The notes under the pieces: model-generated
Told to the model about the DNA's origin: nothing
The model's input: only the letters and a program-made list of their open reading frames with translations
The model's database searches: none
NCBI GenBank assembly: GCA_023396225.1
Contig: JAEWWT010000027.1
Location: 156,202 to 180,201, forward strand
Source of the DNA: Bacillota bacterium
Lineage (GTDB): Bacteria > Bacillota > Clostridia > Oscillospirales > Ruminococcaceae
Length of the DNA stretch: 24,000 nt
Reading direction: 5' to 3'
Part shown: positions 20,681-24,000 of the stretch, piece after piece
Position numbering within the stretch: the first letter of the stretch is position 1
Layout: each line of letters begins with the position of its first letter
Program-made: the position numbers and the translations under genes

Positions 20681-21610
20681 GTGTCGGAAAGGTTTGGATT
20701 AATCGTGAAACTTAGCAGTGCTAATTACCTGTTTAAACAGGGTTTAAGAAATGTATGGACAAACAGGATAATGTCATTTGCGTCATTCTGTATTCTTCTT
20801 GTATCATTGCTGATGATTGGATTTGCGGTATTGTTTACCCAGAATATCAATCTCTTTATCGGCAGCATTGAAGAAAAGAATGAGGTAGTTATTTTCCTTA
20901 ACGATGATATTACAGACGAAATGATTGAAAAAATGGAAATCAAGCTCAAAGGTATGGATAACATAAAGGAAGTTGTTTTCTATTCAAAAGAGCAGGCATT
21001 TGCTGACCTGAAAGCCAATATGCAGAATGCAGAAGAGCTTTTCAATTATGTCGGTGAGGAAAGCCCTTTGCCTGATTCGTTTAAAATCAGAGTTACTGAC
21101 ATTTCAAAGATGAGCCCTACACTAATGGGTATAAATGCACTTGAGGGTATAGATACGGTAAAAGCTCCTACTGACTTTATCAGTATTCTTACAGGACTTA
21201 AAAATATTACTACTATTATTTCAGGAACTGTTCTTGTTGCACTTATAATAATCTGCCTTGTAATTATCTCAAATGCAACAAGGGCAAGCGTTGATATAAG
21301 AAAACGTGAAATTGCAATCATGAAGTATGTCGGTGCAACAAACGCATTCATTAAGATTCCTTTCTTTGTAGAGGGTATGCTAATGGGTGTTATAGCAGGT
21401 GTTGCTTCTACATTCATCACATGGGGTTGTTACGATAAGCTTTGTGAGATACTTGCTTCTGATTCAACGCTCTGGAACATCATGGGTATTTCGGGATTTA
21501 TTCCTTTCAGTTCAATTGCACTTTTTGCAGCAGTAAGTTATATTGCTGCGGGAGCATTTATCGGTGCAATTGGTACAGTTCTCAGTACAAGAAAGTATGT
21601 TAAGGTCTGA
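20681..21610 (+). CDS. ftsX: Cell-division permease-like protein FtsX
   Basis: The protein begins 'ANYLFKQGLRNVWTNRIMSFASF'. It has a large extracellular loop and three C-terminal TM helices. The alternative GTG start at 20705 has a better SD (GGAAAGG). Confidence 0.88.
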   Translation: MSERFGLIVKLSSANYLFKQGLRNVWTNRIMSFASFCILLVSLLMIGFAVLFTQNINLFIGSIEEKNEVVIFLNDDITDEMIEKMEIKLKGMDNIKEVVFYSKEQAFADLKANMQNAEELFNYVGEESPLPDSFKIRVTDISKMSPTLMGINALEGIDTVKAPTDFISILTGLKNITTIISGTVLVALIIICLVIISNATRASVDIRKREIAIMKYVGATNAFIKIPFFVEGMLMGVIAGVASTFITWGCYDKLCEILASDSTLWNIMGISGFIPFSSIALFAAVSYIAAGAFIGAIGTVLSTRKYVKV

Positions 21611-21627
21611 TATGGAGGCGAAGCAGT

Positions 21628-22926
21628 ATGGGTAATAAAATCAAACGTATTGTTGCTTCATGTCTGGCAGCATTAATTTGCATTACATGTTTTTGCTGGT
21701 CAGACGGTCTTGAGTATAGTATTTCAGCAGATACAATGTCAGAACTTGAAGCAAAGCAAAAGGAACTTGCAAATCAGCGTAAAGATCTTGAAAGCAGTAT
21801 GAGTGCAATCGAGGGTAAGGCTGAAGAGCAGGATGAGTATCTTGCGGAATATGATAAGAGAATGAAAATTCAGGAGCAGGAAATTGAAGTTGTCAAGGAG
21901 CAGCTTGCTTTGCTTGAAACTGATATTGAACAGCTCATTTCAGATATAGAACAGAAACAGATTGAGGTTGACAAGGGCATAGAGCAGTTTCGTAAAAGGC
22001 TTCGTGCTTTATATATATCAGGAAATGACAGTCTTGCATCTGTAATTGCAGGTTCAAATGACTTTTATGATATGCTGGCAAGAATGGAACTTGTTGAAAG
22101 AATTTCTGAGCATGACAATCAGATGATTGAGGATCTCAAGACAATGATTCAGGAACTTGAAACCTCAAAAACAGAACTTGAACAGGATCTTGCTGATCTT
22201 GAAGCAAAAAAGGCTGAACAGGAAAAAAATCTTGCCGAACTTCAGGAAACGTATAATAATCATGCAGAAACAAAAGCTATGTATGAAGCAAAACAGGCTG
22301 ATTACGAAAAACGTTCTGATGAGATAGATGCGGAAGAAGCTCAAGTTGAGCAGGCTCTTCAGGAGGAGATCCGAAGGAAGCAGGAGGAACTTGAAAGAAA
22401 GCGTAAGGAAGAGGAAGAACGCAGACGTAAGGAAGAGGAACTCAGAAAGCAGCAGGCTGAGGCTAACGGGCAGCAATATGTTCCTGATAATACTCCTACA
22501 ACGCCTTCCTATTCTGCAACAGGATTTATATGGCCTGTTCCTACTGTAAGGAACATGTCAGATAAATACGGAAACAGATGGATTGTTGAAGAACAGAGAT
22601 ATGACTTTCACAAGGGTATAGATATTACAAAGCCTGGCTGCGGAGGAAGCGAAATTGTTGCGGCAGCAGCGGGAACAGTGATTACAGCGGCAAACACAGG
22701 TAATGGTTACGGATACCATGTTGTTATTGACCACGGCGACAAGATTTCCACACTTTATGGTCATTGCAGCAGTCTTGCAGTAAGCGCAGGGCAGGAAGTC
22801 ACACAAGGACAGGTTATAGGCTACATAGGAAGTACAGGTTATTCTTATGGTAATCATCTTCATTTTGAAGTCAGAATTAATGGACAGCATACTGACCCGC
22901 TGAACTATGTTTCAGTAAACAATTAA
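21628..22926 (+). CDS. Coiled-coil M23 (LytM-type) peptidoglycan metalloendopeptidase, EnvC/PcsB-like FtsEX partner
   Basis: The N-terminus is a signal or TM segment, followed by a long coiled coil. The C-terminal M23 domain has an intact 'HKGID', 'YGH' and 'HLHFE'. Confidence 0.88.
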   Translation: MGNKIKRIVASCLAALICITCFCWSDGLEYSISADTMSELEAKQKELANQRKDLESSMSAIEGKAEEQDEYLAEYDKRMKIQEQEIEVVKEQLALLETDIEQLISDIEQKQIEVDKGIEQFRKRLRALYISGNDSLASVIAGSNDFYDMLARMELVERISEHDNQMIEDLKTMIQELETSKTELEQDLADLEAKKAEQEKNLAELQETYNNHAETKAMYEAKQADYEKRSDEIDAEEAQVEQALQEEIRRKQEELERKRKEEEERRRKEEELRKQQAEANGQQYVPDNTPTTPSYSATGFIWPVPTVRNMSDKYGNRWIVEEQRYDFHKGIDITKPGCGGSEIVAAAAGTVITAANTGNGYGYHVVIDHGDKISTLYGHCSSLAVSAGQEVTQGQVIGYIGSTGYSYGNHLHFEVRINGQHTDPLNYVSVNN

Positions 22927-22945
22927 TCAGAGAGGTTTCATTATA

Positions 22946-24000
22946 ATGAACAAAAAATTATCGCTTGGTGTAACAATAGGATTGATGGCACTTACTGCGG
23001 CGGTTACATTTATTATTACCTATAATTATTCACTGGGCGTTTTCAATGAGAAGGTAAAGAGCGTTTCCGAAAAGGAAGGCTTTTATACAAAGCTTGCAGA
23101 GCTTGATAAGTATGTAAGGGCCAATTACTTTACAGATCTTAATGAAGAAGATCTTCTTAAAGGAATCATAACAGGTTATATCTCCGGTCTTGATGATCCT
23201 TATGCAACATATTATACAGAAGAAGAATATGCAGCACTTTCTCAGAAAGAAACCGGAGTAGCAACAGGTCTTGGGTTTAATTATAAACGTGAAGAAAGCG
23301 GATATATCGTGATTACCGACGTTACAGAGAGTACTTCTGCTGCTGATAGGGGACTTGTTGCAGGGGATGTTATCACTGCTGTAAACAATACTGACGTAAT
23401 TGCATTTGAGGGCGGATATGATGCGGCTGTAAAGCTGTTTACCTGTGCAGAGGGAACAAAGGTAAAATTACATATCAAGCGTATTACAACTGAAGGAATT
23501 GCAGAGTTTTTCTCAATTGATGTTATTTCTTCAACAACTGAAATAGTTTCTGTAACAAGTCATATGATAGATACAAGAGGATATATAAAAATATCTTCAT
23601 TTAACGATAAAACACCTGAACAGTTCAAGACACAGTTGGATACAATTCTGTCACAGGGCGCAACATCACTGATACTTGATTTAAGGGGCAACTCAAGCGA
23701 AAGAGTTTCAGCAATGGGTGATACTGTTGACTATCTTTTGGGAGCAGGGCAGATTGTAACTGCAAAGTATAAGGATAAGAGCGAAGTAATTGTTGAAACT
23801 ACTGAGGCAAATCAGGTTAAGCTTCCTATGGTTGTTCTTGTTGATAACAATACTGCAAGCTGCGGAGAACTCTTTGCTTTTGCACTAAGGGATAATGCAG
23901 GGGCACAGACCGTTGGCATGACTACTTTTGGTAAGGGCGTAATGCAGGTTACAAACAAGCTTACAGACGGAAGTGCTGTAAGAATATCTGTTGCCGTTCT
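22946..24000 (+). CDS. S41 C-terminal processing peptidase (Ctp-like), 3'-truncated by the window end
   Basis: I translated this myself; it is absent from the ORF track because no stop is reached. It has an N-terminal TM segment and a PDZ-like 'GLVAGDVITAVNN'. S41 elements are 'DLRGN', 'NNTASCGELFAFAL' and 'TFGKGVMQ'. The Ser-Lys spacing of 25 residues matches E. coli Tsp S430/K455. Confidence 0.8.
   Translation, partial: MNKKLSLGVTIGLMALTAAVTFIITYNYSLGVFNEKVKSVSEKEGFYTKLAELDKYVRANYFTDLNEEDLLKGIITGYISGLDDPYATYYTEEEYAALSQKETGVATGLGFNYKREESGYIVITDVTESTSAADRGLVAGDVITAVNNTDVIAFEGGYDAAVKLFTCAEGTKVKLHIKRITTEGIAEFFSIDVISSTTEIVSVTSHMIDTRGYIKISSFNDKTPEQFKTQLDTILSQGATSLILDLRGNSSERVSAMGDTVDYLLGAGQIVTAKYKDKSEVIVETTEANQVKLPMVVLVDNNTASCGELFAFALRDNAGAQTVGMTTFGKGVMQVTNKLTDGSAVRISVAV

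Noticed and set aside
22165-22890. ORFs 22165-22476 (-), 22328-22549 (+) and 22558-22890 (-) inside the M23 peptidase gene
   Set aside because: They arise from the E/K/R-rich coiled-coil region and the complement of the M23 domain. The sense frame carries intact M23 motifs.
1-24000. Mobile-element or horizontal-transfer hallmarks (integrase, transposase, tRNA target, long terminal inverted repeats) around the 1-12500 accessory-looking half
   Set aside because: None were found on either strand. The only dispersed repeats are the paralogue duplication and the three leader modules, which lack recognisable terminal inverted repeats or target-site duplications.

Overview
The window looks like a low-GC Clostridia chromosome, possibly Ruminococcus-like; that guess rests only on gene content and codon style. 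I saw no rRNA, tRNA, CRISPR array, transposase or integrase. Region 1-9300 is accessory-looking. It holds four co-oriented, strongly codon-biased genes that share a signal peptide, a polyacidic stalk and a non-LPXTG C-terminal sorting cassette (xP[A/S]TGN, then a hydrophobic helix, then a basic tail). Two are about 570-aa paralogues (334-2037 and 6074-7783). Two are 91-aa and 96-aa stalk-only proteins with no passenger domain (8167-8442 and 8926-9216). Between the large paralogues lie a DUF3592-like membrane protein, a CxxCxxCC cysteine-cluster protein, an orphan spoVAC, a PP2C phosphatase, a mini MCP-signalling-domain protein and a YjfB-like protein. Region 9400-12500 holds a signal-peptide-less GH9 enzyme whose DAGD catalytic motif reads DSGN, a degenerate NTase/HEPN pair, and a CmpB-like membrane protein. 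Region 12700-24000 is housekeeping. It carries ylxM-ffh-rpsP-KH-rimM-trmD, interrupted by three accessory membrane-protein genes. HPr, a PucR-family regulator and ftsE-ftsX-M23 peptidase-S41 peptidase follow; the S41 gene runs off the window end. The structure least explained by ordinary annotation is a three-copy leader module of about 90-125 nt (5394-5512 +, 12407-12532 -, 15418-15525 +). It has a perfectly conserved 26-bp palindrome, a second hairpin with one compensatory pair change, and a conserved ATG-RTS-ATA-AAT-ATG initiation region, placed in front of unrelated genes.
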